64,000 bases of DNA from Octopus sinensis (taxonomy: Eukaryota). The notes beneath the pieces are model-generated. The model ran no database searches, had not been told where the DNA came from, and saw nothing but the letters and a program-made list of their open reading frames with translations. The position numbers and the translations under genes were made by a program. This document shows, in pieces, positions 12,891-24,821 of the stretch (position 1 is the stretch's first letter; each line of letters opens with the position of its first letter). The stretch spans positions 20,398,001-20,462,000 of the forward strand of contig NC_043017.1 of the NCBI RefSeq assembly GCF_006345805.1, in the 5' to 3' direction.

Positions 12891-13157
12891 TATATATTTT
12901 GTATATATGTAATTAAAAAAAAGAATAACAGACAAGATGAAATGAAACAAATGTGTGGAGGTGATGCAAGCAATGTGTTAATAAGATGCTCTGAGAAAGA
13001 AGAGAGTAGTAGTATTATTTTCTGAGCATAGCTCTTCTTTGGAAACAGGGAAAACAGTAAAGTCCAAGACAAAGGAGGAAAACAATCACCAACAATCACA
13101 TGTGGTTACATTTCTGACATGGAATCTGAACAGCCCTTCAGCTGGTCAGCGCCTGTC

Positions 13158-13263
13158 AAACCGTCCAACCCATGCCAGCATGGAAAACGGACGTTAACTG
13201 ATGATGATGATAATGATGATGGTATTTCATCATCATCATCACCACCACCACCACCACCATCAC

Positions 13264-13309
<46 letters not shown>

Positions 13310-13797
13310 GTTTAACGTCTGTTTTCCATGCTGGCATGGGTTGGACAGTTTAATCTGGCAATGTTTCTACAGCTAGATGCCCTGCCTAATGCCAACCACT
13401 CTGAGAGTGTAGTGGGTGCATTTTACATGCCACCGGCACAGGAGCCAGTCAGGCAGGCCTGGCATCGATCACATACATACATATATATATACAAAAAGCA
13501 CCATCCGATCGTGACTGTTGCCAGCCTCGCCTGGCTCCCGTGCCGGTGGCACGTAAAATGCACCATCCGATCGTGGCCGTTTGCCAGCCTCGTCTGGCAC
13601 CTGTGCCAGAGGCACGTAAAAAGCACCCACTACACTCACGGAGTGGTCGGCGTGAGGAAAGGCATCCAGCCATAGAAACATTGCCAGATCAGACTGGGCC
13701 TGGTGCAGCCTTCTGGCTTCCCAGACCCCAGTTGAACCGTCCAACCCATGCTAGCATGGAAAGCGGACGCTAAACGATGATGATGACAATGATGATG
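13158..13797. mobile_element. Three family C elements in alternating orientation (+, -, +)
   Basis: Tail at 13158-13230 (+), copy at 13262-13470 (-), copy at 13497-13797 (+). Confidence 0.85.
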
Positions 13798-14363
13798 ATA
13801 TATATATATATATGTATGTATGTATGTTTTCGTATATATATGTATATATTGGTGTATATTAGATGTGTGTGTGTGTGTGCTGGACAAAGAAAAAGCGTAA
13901 AAGTATTGATCCTTCAATTGGCTTCCATTTACTTTTACAGGAAAAGGAAAATATTGATAAAAGGAAGACAGAAATGGTAAATGATCAGATGAAAGAATCA
14001 CAGGACAGCAACAGAGGAATGGTAAAGCGGTGGGTTGGTGGGTAATAGAGGGGGTGCTAAAAGAGACTGGAGGAGAGGAAGGAAGAGGAGGAGGAGGAAG
14101 GAAAAAAAATGAGATGAGCGATGAAGAGAGGGTTCGGGTGGGGGTTTGGAAATAATGGAAAATGTTCCTTGGAGACAATGAATTTCTCAATGTTTTCCAA
14201 GATATCTCATTAATACTAGCTGACTGTCATTTTAGTAAGATATCCTGTCAGGATTGTATCTTGTGTAGTAATGTAAGAACATCTGTACTTACATATGTGT
14301 GTGTGTGTGTGCATGAATGTATGCGTACGTATACATAGATATATGTTTATATGTATGTATGTA

Positions 14364-14398
<35 letters not shown>

Positions 14399-14469
14399 TC
14401 ACATTAACACATACACATATATGCTCACAAAAACATACATGTGTATACTTGTAGATGTATACAAAGATA

Positions 14470-14585
14470 CAAAGATACACACACACACACACACAAACAC
14501 ACTGTAAGAATATATAGAAAATGTTTGGATGGTAAAAGAATAGAACACCATATATGTGTGTGTTTGCAAATACATATGCATATAT

Positions 14586-14640
<55 letters not shown>

Positions 14641-14798
14641 GATATATACACACATATACACAAACATACACACAGTCATATCCACACACACACACACACA
14701 AACACACTGTAAGAATATATAGAAAATGTTTGGATGGTAAAAGAATAGAACACCATATATGTGTGTGTTTGCAAATACATATGCATATATATACATAC

Positions 14799-14829
<31 letters not shown>

Positions 14830-15010
14830 ATATAATATATATATATATATATGATATATACACACATATACACAAACATACACACAGTCATATCCACACA
14901 CACACACACAAACACAATGTAAGAATATATAGAAAATATTTGGATGGGAAAAAGAATCGAACATCATATATGTGTGGGTTTGCACATACATATGCATATA
15001 TATATATACA
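14470..15010 (+). repeat. About 205-bp unit x3 containing (TA)n and (CA)n
   Basis: AAACACA.TGTAAGAATATATAGAAAAT.TTTGGATGG recurs near 14494, 14700 and 14910. Confidence 0.85.
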
Positions 15011-15206
15011 CACATCTATTCACAAGTACATATGTGTGCATATACACACATGTGCATAAACATACACACAAACAGGAATGCATATAATTTCAGTATTGCC
15101 TACTGTTGATTGATATATCGTGTCATATCCACATTAGATATACCAGACATACCAAGGATATACAACAGAGAAGATAAATTCCTTTCCAATATCAAGCCAT
15201 ATTAAA

Positions 15207-15772
15207 ATAATAATAATAATAATAATAATAATTGTGTACAGTGCTCAGGTGCACTACAACTCATCTAAAGTGTATATATAATCCGGTGTAGTTTCGGCGG
15301 ATTTCGGAAAGCATGAGGGCCTTAAAGGATGCAGTGTCATGGCAGTCAACAACTGACGCAAGCAGTTTATTCCACGCTTCAGCAACTCTGAGCGTGAAAA
15401 AAGGTTTCTGAAAGTCATGGGAGCTGTATTGTTTTCTGACTTTGTAGGCATGTCCACGTGTGTTAGACACATGGAGATCAAAAAGGTGTTCAGTGTTGTT
15501 GGTGAGGTGGTTGATAACTTTGTGGGTGTTTACCAAGTCCGTCGCCAAACGCCGGAGCTTCAGTGAATCCATGCCCAGGGAAACAAGGCGCTCAGAATAT
15601 GGTAGGTGTCTGATGGAGGGTATGCGTTTGGTTGCACATCTCTGGACAGATTCCAGGAGGTCAATGTTCTGTGCAAGATAGGGGTTCCAAACTGATGATG
15701 CGAATTCCAAGTGTGGTCGTACCATAGCTGTATACAGTATTGGAATACATTTTACGATACTTAATGGAACTA
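15207..15772 (-). pseudogene. 5'-truncated CR1-clade LINE, ORF2 C-terminus plus (ATT)n tail
   Basis: ORF 15261-15725: LYTAMVRPHLEFASSVWNPY...LESVQRCATK..I..L.YSERL..LG..SL..RR...TRGH.YK...FFTLRVAEAWNKL. This is the typical CR1/L2 post-RT domain. Confidence 0.9.
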
Positions 15773-15794
15773 GTAACTATATCATGTGATATTA

Positions 15795-16115
15795 TAACGA
15801 GCTCTTCATCGGTTACGACAATGACGAGGGTCCCAGCTGATACGATCAAGAGAACATTGCGAAATTAACATACAAGTGGCTGAGCACTCCACAGACATGT
15901 GTACACCTAATGTAGTTCTCAGGGAGATTCAGTGTGACACAGGGTGTGACAAGGCTGGCCCTTTGAAATATAGGTACAACTCATTTTTTCCAGCTGAGTG
16001 GACTGGAGCAATGTGGAATAAATGTCTTGCTCAAAGACACAATGCGTCGCCAGGAATTGAACTCATGACCTTACAATGTGATTTGAATGCCCTAACTACT
16101 AAGACATGTGCCTTC
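15795..16115 (-). mobile_element. tRNA-derived SINE, head H2 with CORE-like domain + tail T1
   Basis: Minus strand has GAGTTCAATTCC (B box) and TGTGTCTTTGAGCAAGACATTT...TTGCTCCAGTCCACTCAGCTG, then the same tail as 58-243. Confidence 0.75.
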
Positions 16116-16249
16116 CCATGTGATATTATATGATGTTATAAATTAACACCAAATACATATATGTATGTATGTATGTATGTATGCATGCATGTTATAATAT
16201 TTATATGATATAGCATAAACATTTCTAAATGCTAAAATGCATTAAACGT

Positions 16250-16652
16250 AGGTGCAGGAGTGGCTGTGTGGTAAGTAGCTTGCTAACCAACCGCATGGTT
16301 CTGGGTTCAGTCCCACTGCGTGGCATCTTGGGCAAGTGTCTTCTGCTATAGCCCCAGGCCGACCAATGTCTTGTGAGTGGATTTGGTAGACGGAAACTGG
16401 AAGAAGCTTTTTGTATTCATGTATATATATGTGTCTGTGTACGTATTTGTGTGTCTGTGTTTGTCCCCCTAGCATTGCTTGACAACCGATGCTGGTACGT
16501 TTACGTCCCTGTCACTTAGCAGTTCGGCAAAAGAGACCGATAGAATAAGTACTGGGCTTACAAAGAATAAGTCCTGGGGTTGATTTGCTCGACTAAAAGG
16601 CGGTGCTCCAGCATGGCCGCAGTCAAATGACTGAAACAAATAAAAGAGAGTA
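16250..16652 (+). mobile_element. Family A SINE, full length
   Basis: Colinear match to 11372-11798. Confidence 0.9.
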
Positions 16653-16683
16653 AGGAAGAATCCAGCCATGCCATATTAGAATG

Positions 16684-16882
16684 CACGAGGGGGGTGCTGA
16701 AAATTTTCTGGCTTTGGATAAAAGAAAATACAGGAGGATCTGTTAATTATGATTTTATTCAACACAACTTATTGCAGTCCTTCAGTATTTCTAAGCCCTT
16801 TAAAAGAACTCAGAAGGTTGTGCCTCCAGCCAGGCCTTTCATGATACCCTTAAAGCCAGAAAGTTTTCAGTACCCCTTCGTG
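16684..16882. mobile_element. Tc1/mariner-type MITE
   Basis: TIRs CACGAGGGGGGTGCTGAAAATTTTCTGGCTTT and AAAGCCAGAAAGTTTTCAGTACCCCTTCGTG, with TA at the right end. Confidence 0.7.
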
Positions 16883-18613
16883 TAGTGTAATATCTTTTAT
16901 AAAAGCTTAAGATGAGCCACTGATATCATGCAGGACTTTTGCTTTGAATGTCATAATATCTGGTCGTATGATTTTTATCCCATATCAGAATAATCATATT
17001 CCAGAATGTAATGGAAACACCTTTGATATCAACTTGCATGTGACCACCCCTGGTTGTGTAAAACAAACTTCCTGCTTTAAAGCAATCTAAATTAAAACCT
17101 TCTGTCAAAATTTCGTGTTGATTTAGGTTGCAAACGGCAGTTTAATAATAACAATGTTATTTTACTTAATTCTCCATTCTTCTCATAATTAATTGAAAAT
17201 AAGTTAATGTATCTTAACAGAATTACGGTAATGAAAGGTTAAATAGAAATTAAATGGATCCTTCTTTGTCTTTAATAGAATGGCAAACATTTGAACCAGC
17301 CCTTCTGGTTCCTCTGCCTGCCAACTTAAAAGTTTCTTTTGATGCAAACCTACCTGAAACCACGCCTTGTTTTATGGTAACACTTCCTCTTTTAAAGTGA
17401 TCTGATTTAAAACTTGCCATCAAAATTTCACATTAATTCAATGTTCAAAAAACCAACTTAAAAAATGGCAAAAATCATTTTATTAAATTCTTCATTATTT
17501 TCAAAATTAATTAAAACATAGATAGTATATTTCAACAGAAATATTGTAATGAAAGGGCAATGTGTAGTAAAACTGTATGCACCACCCAGCAAAAAGTGGT
17601 AGGAATGAGCCATTATGAATAAAGCAGTAGTAGCTGGTTGTCAAGGGAGGGTTGAGAGTTGATAGTTCTAGTTAGTATCTTGTGGAAGAGATACAATGGT
17701 GTCTGATAACTAGTTGCCATTGTGGCTACTAATGTAAAACAGGCAACTACAGTACAATAGCAGTCACACATTACACCAATGGTTATAAGTTCGAAGCTCT
17801 AACCACTGAGCCATGCGTCTTCACTGGTAAAGACTAATCTATAGAAATATGGCAATTGACGCTGATGGCACAATATATCTGACAATGACAAGCACAGCTG
17901 TCTGTTATTCTCATGTTAATGACAAAAAGATATGTGTATTCTCAGAAGGCAAAAAAAAAAAATGGTAAATTTCCTTTATAATGATTCAGTTCTTGCAATA
18001 ACAGAAAATATTCCTCACCATTTCAACGTCCACTTTTCCATGCTTGCCTAGGTCAAATAAAACTTATTGAGGTAGCTTTTTCTGTGGTCAAGTGGCTTTT
18101 CTGTTGCCGACCTTCATCTGTTTGCAAGCAAGGTAAACATTTCCCCAAGACTTCGCATGTTTACATGGAAGACTGAAAACGAACAGCACTGCTTGTATGG
18201 AGGTGCCATTCATTTACAACACTCACATGATGCTAAGATGATGACACATACACACATACATAATGAACCTTCTTCAGTTTCTGCCTACTCTGTCAACATG
18301 TGCAAGTAATTTGTGTTGCAAATCTAATAATTCACTCTCCAAAGAAGTGAATAAGTCAAACTCGATGTTGTACAGAAATCGCCTAAAGTTTGTATGTTTA
18401 TATTCGTACCAAAACAGTTGGAGCTTCGGTACAACATTACACTCTGTGACACCAACCAACATATGCCATTCGTTACCATCATGATTTTTCTGTAATTAAA
18501 TATATATCTCACTAGTTTTGTTTTAATTAACTTTCCTGTTGAATATACTGATAACATCTCTCAAGTGTTAACCCCCTTTAATACAAAGTTACCTAAGACT
18601 GCTTGTACTAAAG

Positions 18614-18668
<55 letters not shown>

Positions 18669-18901
18669 TCTACTATAGGCACAAGACCTGAAAGTTTTTG
18701 GGGGAAGGGACCAATTGATTAGATCATCCTCCAACTAGGAGCTTTTTGCTCTTTTAATCTTCACAAAAATATGAGCACAGGGTCACAAACACACACACCA
18801 AGGGCCCAGAGGTGCACTGGGTGGGGCAGTTGAAACTTACAGGAAACTACCAGAGAAAAACTTTTCAGAATTGTTTCAAATTTTGGAATGAGGCCAGCTG
18901 G

Positions 18902-19130
18902 TTAACCCTTTCTTTACCAACCCGGCTGAAACCGGCTCTGGCTCTGTAGTACAAATGTCTTGTTTTTATAAGTTTTGAATTGAAATTTTTCACCAAACCT
19001 TAGTCACAATTTATGTTCCTAACACTAGCTTAATGATAACTAAGTTATTTTACTAAATTCTTTGTTATATTTAAAGTTATTGAAAGAAACACAGAGCATC
19101 TCAAAAGGAATACAGTAATGAAAGGGTTAA
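18902..19130. mobile_element. piggyBac-type MITE, second copy 30612-30840
   Basis: TTAA-CCCTTTC...GAAAGGG-TTAA. The internal sequence is shared with 30612-30840. Confidence 0.85.
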
Positions 19131-19199
19131 GGTGTAAATAGTTGATGTCATCACCTCCCCAGTGTTCAAATAAGTACCCCCAGGGTACTTATTTTACGG

Positions 19200-19332
19200 A
19201 CCCCTAAAGGATAAAAGACAAAGTCAACCTCAGTGGAATTTGAACTTGGAATGCCAAGATTGATGAAATGCTACTAAGCATTTTGTCTGAAATGCTAATG
19301 GTTCTGCCAGATCACTGCCTTCAAAATTTTTC

Positions 19333-19382
<50 letters not shown>

Positions 19383-19830
19383 CCTTTCTACTGGAGGTAC
19401 AAGGCCTCAGATTTGTTGGGTGGGGACTAATTCATTTTATCAACCCTAGTGGTTTCACTGGTACTTCAATTATCAACCCCCAAAGCGATAAAAGGGAAAG
19501 TCGACCTCAGTGGAATTTGAACTCAGAATGTAATGACAGTTAAAATACAACTAAGTATTTTGTCCAGCTTGCTAACAATTAGGCCAGCTCGCCGCCTTTT
19601 CTGTAATAATAATAATAATCCTTTCTACTGTAGGCACAAGGTCTGAAATATTGTGGGAAGGGAGCAGTTGATTAGATTGACTCCAGTACGCAACTGGTAC
19701 TTAATTTATTGACTCCGAGAGGATGAAAGGCAAAGTCGACCTCAGCAGAATTTGAACTCAGAATGTAGCGACGGGTGAAAGGCCACTAAGCACTTCGTCC
19801 AGTGCGTTAACAATTTTGCCAGCTTGCCAT
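19200..19830 (-). mobile_element. Three family B SINEs separated by (AAT)n
   Basis: Repeated AAAGTC.ACCTC..GAATTTGAACT head block with the CTTTCTACT..AGG.ACAAGG tail variant. Confidence 0.75.
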
Positions 19831-19869
19831 CTTAATAATAATAATAAAATAATAATAATAATAATAATA

Positions 19870-20156
19870 ATGGCAGAAATTCAAAAGATAGTGCTCATGG
19901 GAACTGCTCATATCCTACGCAAAATACTTCCTATGTAATCTCAAGTTTTAAAGCAAACATAACCTGCATTTTTTTTTTAGGCATTCACTAGTACAACACT
20001 AAATACAAAACCAAATATATGGCACACTAGGCATAACAACATCACGAACTTCCAACCTGTTGTCTCTTGAGGTCTCTGGGTGAGACTTGGAGCCAACTTG
20101 TACAAATATAAAGCAAAAGTCAAACATAGAATAATAATAATAATAATAATAATAAT
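19870..20156 (+). pseudogene. 5'-truncated R4/Dong-like non-LTR element end inserted in (TAA)n
   Basis: 19870-19938 reads MAEIQKIVLMGTAHILRKILPM-stop, resembling the QKAVLLGTARILRKVL C-terminus of RLE-type elements (from memory). It is flanked by (AAT)n on both sides. Confidence 0.65.
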
Positions 20157-20948
20157 CACCATCATCAAAAAAAAAAAAAGAAAGAAAGAAAGAAAGAACA
20201 CATGGTAGTGTGCAGCATTGAAAAGTAGCATAAACCAAAACTAGAAACCAGGTCTGGAAACCTTAGAGGACCACCCTGTCTTACACCTCCACCAACTGGT
20301 TAGCAAAGAAGAGGAATCTATCTAGAACAATCACCTACAGCTGTTCCGTCATCCTATCTTAAGAATGTTCAAGCTGAACGAATGACATGTCTCGATAAAA
20401 GATTAATGCAACAGAAGACATGCCATCTTAACAGCACACCATCACAGCAACACAGGTGTAATTCTAATGTAACTAACTCTGAAATATCTAAATCTGATAT
20501 TGCAGTATAGTTTTCTCATAGTTTTCCTATGTGTTCCAGTTTTCTTGTTCTCTTGTTTCTCGCTCCAGTCGATGAAAAGTAATTTTCTTAAGTTGCCAAT
20601 AAACTTAAAACTGTTACTGTTTAAATGGGAGAATATTTTTATGGCCAATGTCAACACCTTTGATGTGAAAAAAGCTAAAAGTTCTCTGATGATTATCTCC
20701 CCCTTTTTCTCACCCCTTCCCCTCACTTTTTCCCATCCAGTAACTACAATATAATCCAGCCATTTGGTGTTATTTTTTTTTTTGTATCCATACCATTTAT
20801 GGTTCTGGCCATGTTTTATAGTTTGTTATCTCGACTTTATTACTTCTGTTAATGGACACATTACAAAGCGAGCTTTTTTTCCTTTGGAAATATGTTTTAT
20901 TTTCTTCACACTTTCATGACCTACACCCATTATTATTGGCTGAAGCAT

Positions 20949-20998
<50 letters not shown>

Positions 20999-21472
20999 TC
21001 CCCACCTTCGGCACCACGTTCTTTGAGACCTACTAATGACTCACCTCTGAAATAAACATGACTGTAAATATCTCAACGAAATTATAATCTTTTCACTTGA
21101 TAGGTAGATGGCAGCTTACATATGTCTTCCACATGGAAACGGTATGGAAGGTTAAACACAAGCAGAATTCCTACAGTAATTTAGAAGATGTCTTCAGGAA
21201 CCAAGAACTACGACTAACAAGAACAAGCGTGGATCAGAGATAAATTATACGAGACAAGAAAGCTGTAAAGTTTCAAGATTTAAACAGAAATTTAGGAAAC
21301 AAATCTTGCCTTTCAGCAGAAAAATTTCCAATCTCTCATGTGAGACTAAGTCTGAATATGAAGTTTTTTTATTTTTTTATACTTTTATTCTTATTTATTA
21401 TGGAAGATTGGTTAAAAAAAAAAAAAAGAAAAGAAAAAGTGATAAATGAAACAGAGACAAATGAATTAACTC

Positions 21473-21690
21473 CTCTCTTTCTCTTTTCTCTTTTACTCGT
21501 TTCGGTCATTTGACTGCGGCCATGCTGGAGCACCGCCTTTAGTCGAGCAACTCGACCCCGGGACTTATTCTTTGTAAGCCCAGTACTTATTCTATCGGTC
21601 TCTTTTGCCGAACCGCTAGGTGACGGGGACATAAACACACCAGCATCGGTTGTCAAGCAATGCTAGGGGGACAAACACAGACACACAAAC

Positions 21691-21723
<33 letters not shown>

Positions 21724-21888
21724 CATATATACAACGGGCTTCTTTCAGTTTCCGTCTACCAAATCCACTCACAAGGCTTTGGTTGGCCCGAGGCTATAGT
21801 AGATCACTTGCCCAAGGTGCCACGCAGTGGGACTGAACCCAGAACCATGTGGTTGGTATGCAAGCTACTTACCACACAGCCACTCCTG
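21473..21888 (-). mobile_element. Family A SINE, full length
   Basis: Reverse-complement match to 11372-11798. Confidence 0.9.
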
Positions 21889-22045
21889 TACTTTACAAAT
21901 AGAACGGAATGGTAAATTCATTGGCACCAAACCTGTGGCCCACAGCAGAGTGGCTGCCACCAACTCTAAAATTTCTTTTAGAGAATATACTTGCCTGTGT
22001 AAAGGCAGCAAGCTGACAGAATCCTGACTGCAAGGACTGTAAGGT

Positions 22046-22275
22046 GGCGAGCTGACAGAATCGTTAGCATGCTGGGTGAAATGCTTAGCAGTATTTTGTT
22101 TGCTGTTATGTTCTGAGTTCAAATTCCACCGAGGTCGACTTTGGCTTTCATCCTTTCAGGGTCATAAATTAAGTACCAGTTATGCACTGGGGTTGATATA
22201 ATCGACTTAATCCCTTTGTCTGTCCTGGTTTGTCTCCTCTATGTTTAGCCCCTTGTGGGCAACAATGAAATAAGA
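22046..22275 (+). mobile_element. Family B SINE
   Basis: GGCGAGCTGACAGAATCGTTAGC...GAGTTCAAATTCC (B box)...TTTAGCCCCTTGTGGG tail. Confidence 0.85.
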
Positions 22276-22539
22276 ATCATGACTGCAAGGGACAAAATGC
22301 TTACTGGCATATTTTCCAACTTTATGCTCAGGGTTCAAATGCCACTGGGGTCAAATTTGCCTCTTATCCTTTCAGGGTCGATAGAATAAGTTGAGCTCTG
22401 AGGTTGATACAATCAACATATCCCCTCCACTAAACTTGCTGGCCTTGGGTCAAAATTCAAAACTAATACAGTCTTTGTCATTTGTTAGGATCAAACATCT
22501 TTGGATTTTCTTGGTTGGTGGGCACCAATATATACTCGT

Positions 22540-22939
22540 TTACTCTTTTATTTGTTTCAGTCATTTGACTGCAGCCATGCTGGAGCACTACCTTTAGTCG
22601 AACAAATCGACCCCAGGACTTATTCCTTGTAAGCCTAGTGCTTATTCTATCGGTCACTTTTGCCGAACCGCTAAGTAACGGGGGCATAAACACACCAGCA
22701 TCGGTTGTCAGGCGATGTTGGGGGACACACAAACATATACACACACATACACAAATATATATATATACATATACACGACGGGCTTCTTTCAGTTTCCGTC
22801 TACCAAATCCACTCACAAGGCTTTGGTCAGCCCGAGGCTATAGTAGAAGACACTTGCCCAAGGTGCCACGCAGTGGGACTGAACCCAGAAACATGTGGTT
22901 CGTAAGCAAGTTACTTACCACACAGCCACTCCTGCGCCT
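22540..22939 (-). mobile_element. Family A SINE, full length
   Basis: Reverse-complement match to 11372-11798. Confidence 0.9.
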
Positions 22940-23269
22940 ATATATACTTTCTTTTCAACTCTAGGCACAAGGCCTAAAATTTGGGGGGAGGGAGCCAATT
23001 GATTAGATTGACTCCAGTACACAACTAAATTTATCGACCCCCAAAAGGATGATAGGCAAAGTTGACCTTGGCGGAATTTGAACTCAGAAAATAAAGACAG
23101 ACAAAATACTGCTAAGTGTTTCACCTGGTGTGCTAACGATTCTGTCAGCTTGTCGCCTTTGATATGCAGCCTTGCAGCACAATCATGCAAACACAAGTGA
23201 TAGGCACTATATTTCTTTGGGAATATACATGCTTGTGTAGATCTGTCAAACTAAGTGAGACGATAGTCA

Positions 23270-23754
23270 TGGCTGATGCCGGTGTCACATCAATGGCACC
23301 TGTACCGGTGGGATGTAAAACGCACCCACTACACTCACGGAGTGGTTGGCATTAGGAAGCTGTAGAAACCTTGCCAAAGCAGACTGGAACTTGGTGCAGC
23401 TCCCTGGCTTACCAGTTTCCAGTCAAATCGTCCAACCCATGCCAGCATGGAAAGCGGACATTAAATAATGATGATGATGACTTGGTGCAGCTCCCTGGCT
23501 TACCAGTTTCCAGTCAAATCGTCCAACCCATGCCAGCATGGAAAGCGGACATTAAATAATGATGATGATGACTTGGTGCAGCTCCCTGGCTTACCAGTTT
23601 CCAGTCAAATCGTCCAACCCATGCCAGCATGGAAAGCGGACATTAAATAATGATGATGATGACTTGGTGCAGCTCCCTGGCTTACCAGTTTCCAGTCAAA
23701 TCGTCCAACCCATGCCAGCATGGAAAGCGGACGGTAAACAATGATGATGATGAT
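23270..23754 (+). mobile_element. Family C element with a 91-bp 3' end repeated four times
   Basis: Units start at 23389, 23480, 23571 and 23662. Confidence 0.9.
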
Positions 23755-24563
23755 GTATCTTTCACATGGTTTTGAGAATATTGAAATATTAAAGTTTAAT
23801 TATAAAATATTGCAAAAATGCAACAAAAAAAAAGTCACATTTCCTTGTAATTAAATGGTATGCAGTGTGACTGTGAAATACGTGGTATCACTGGTAAAGT
23901 CCAGGGACACAACGGTGGCAGTTGACGTGTTAAAATCTGTGAACGTTATTGATTGATGGAGATATTTTTACATACCTGAGGAAGGTGTGAAATATGATGT
24001 TGATCATTAGGAACAGGAGTCAATTGAAAGAATCACTTACCTGAAATGAAAAATAGTATTGATTAATAAACAGTTAACTTTCAAACATCGAATAAATAAT
24101 TATGAAAAAGGAAAACGTGAAACTATCAGAAATTATATCAACAATGTTATCATCAACATCAAAATCATCAGCATCATTAACATCATCATCATTATCAATG
24201 GCATTGTCATCACTGTGATGAATTTTCCATGCTTGCATGAGCCAGATGGAATTCCCTGAGGTAGATTTTCTATGATGAGACACCCTCCCTGTTGCCAGCT
24301 CTCACCTGTTTCTAACCAAGGTAATATCCTCACCCCCCGCTCCCCAGACCAGACATGCTTTCATGGCAGATTGGAAATGAAGGACACCGCTTGTATGACG
24401 ATGACACTCATTTACAATCAACCTTCGATGAAGGAACAAACATATGCATACACACGTATACGTAAGTATATATATATAAAAATTAAGGGTAGAAATTGAT
24501 ATTAGTCAATTAAAACCAGTGGTCTAGCACATTAAAAAGAATCCGAAGATTAAAATATTTATA

Positions 24564-24821
24564 TATACCAATTAAGGACTGAACACGAAAAGGTGGACAG
24601 TCAACATGCTAGATATAGACGTCAATCGCCATTCTCCACAAGGATTATGTTCTCAAATAAAAATAAAATTCAGCACGACCTAAAGCACGACCTAATTGCT
24701 TTAGGTCGTGCTGAATTTTATTTTTATTTGAGAACATAATCCTTGTGGAGAATGGCGATTTGACGTCTATATCTAGCATGTTGACTGTCCACCTTTTCGT
24801 GTTCAGTCCTTAATTGGTATA
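24564..24821. repeat. Long palindrome with 124/125-bp arms and 9-nt spacer
   Basis: 24564-24687 and 24697-24821 are reverse complements apart from one 1-nt indel. Confidence 0.95.

Noticed and set aside
12351-13025. 224-aa ORF
   Set aside because: Joins microsatellites and the antisense of the HH1 element.
21100-21300. Possible decayed RTE reverse transcriptase tail
   Set aside because: Only loose resemblance (SRIPTVI) with several stops; cannot be supported without a search.
23389-23754. CRISPR-like or coding repeat array
   Set aside because: No unique spacers, eukaryotic context, and the units are retroposon tails.
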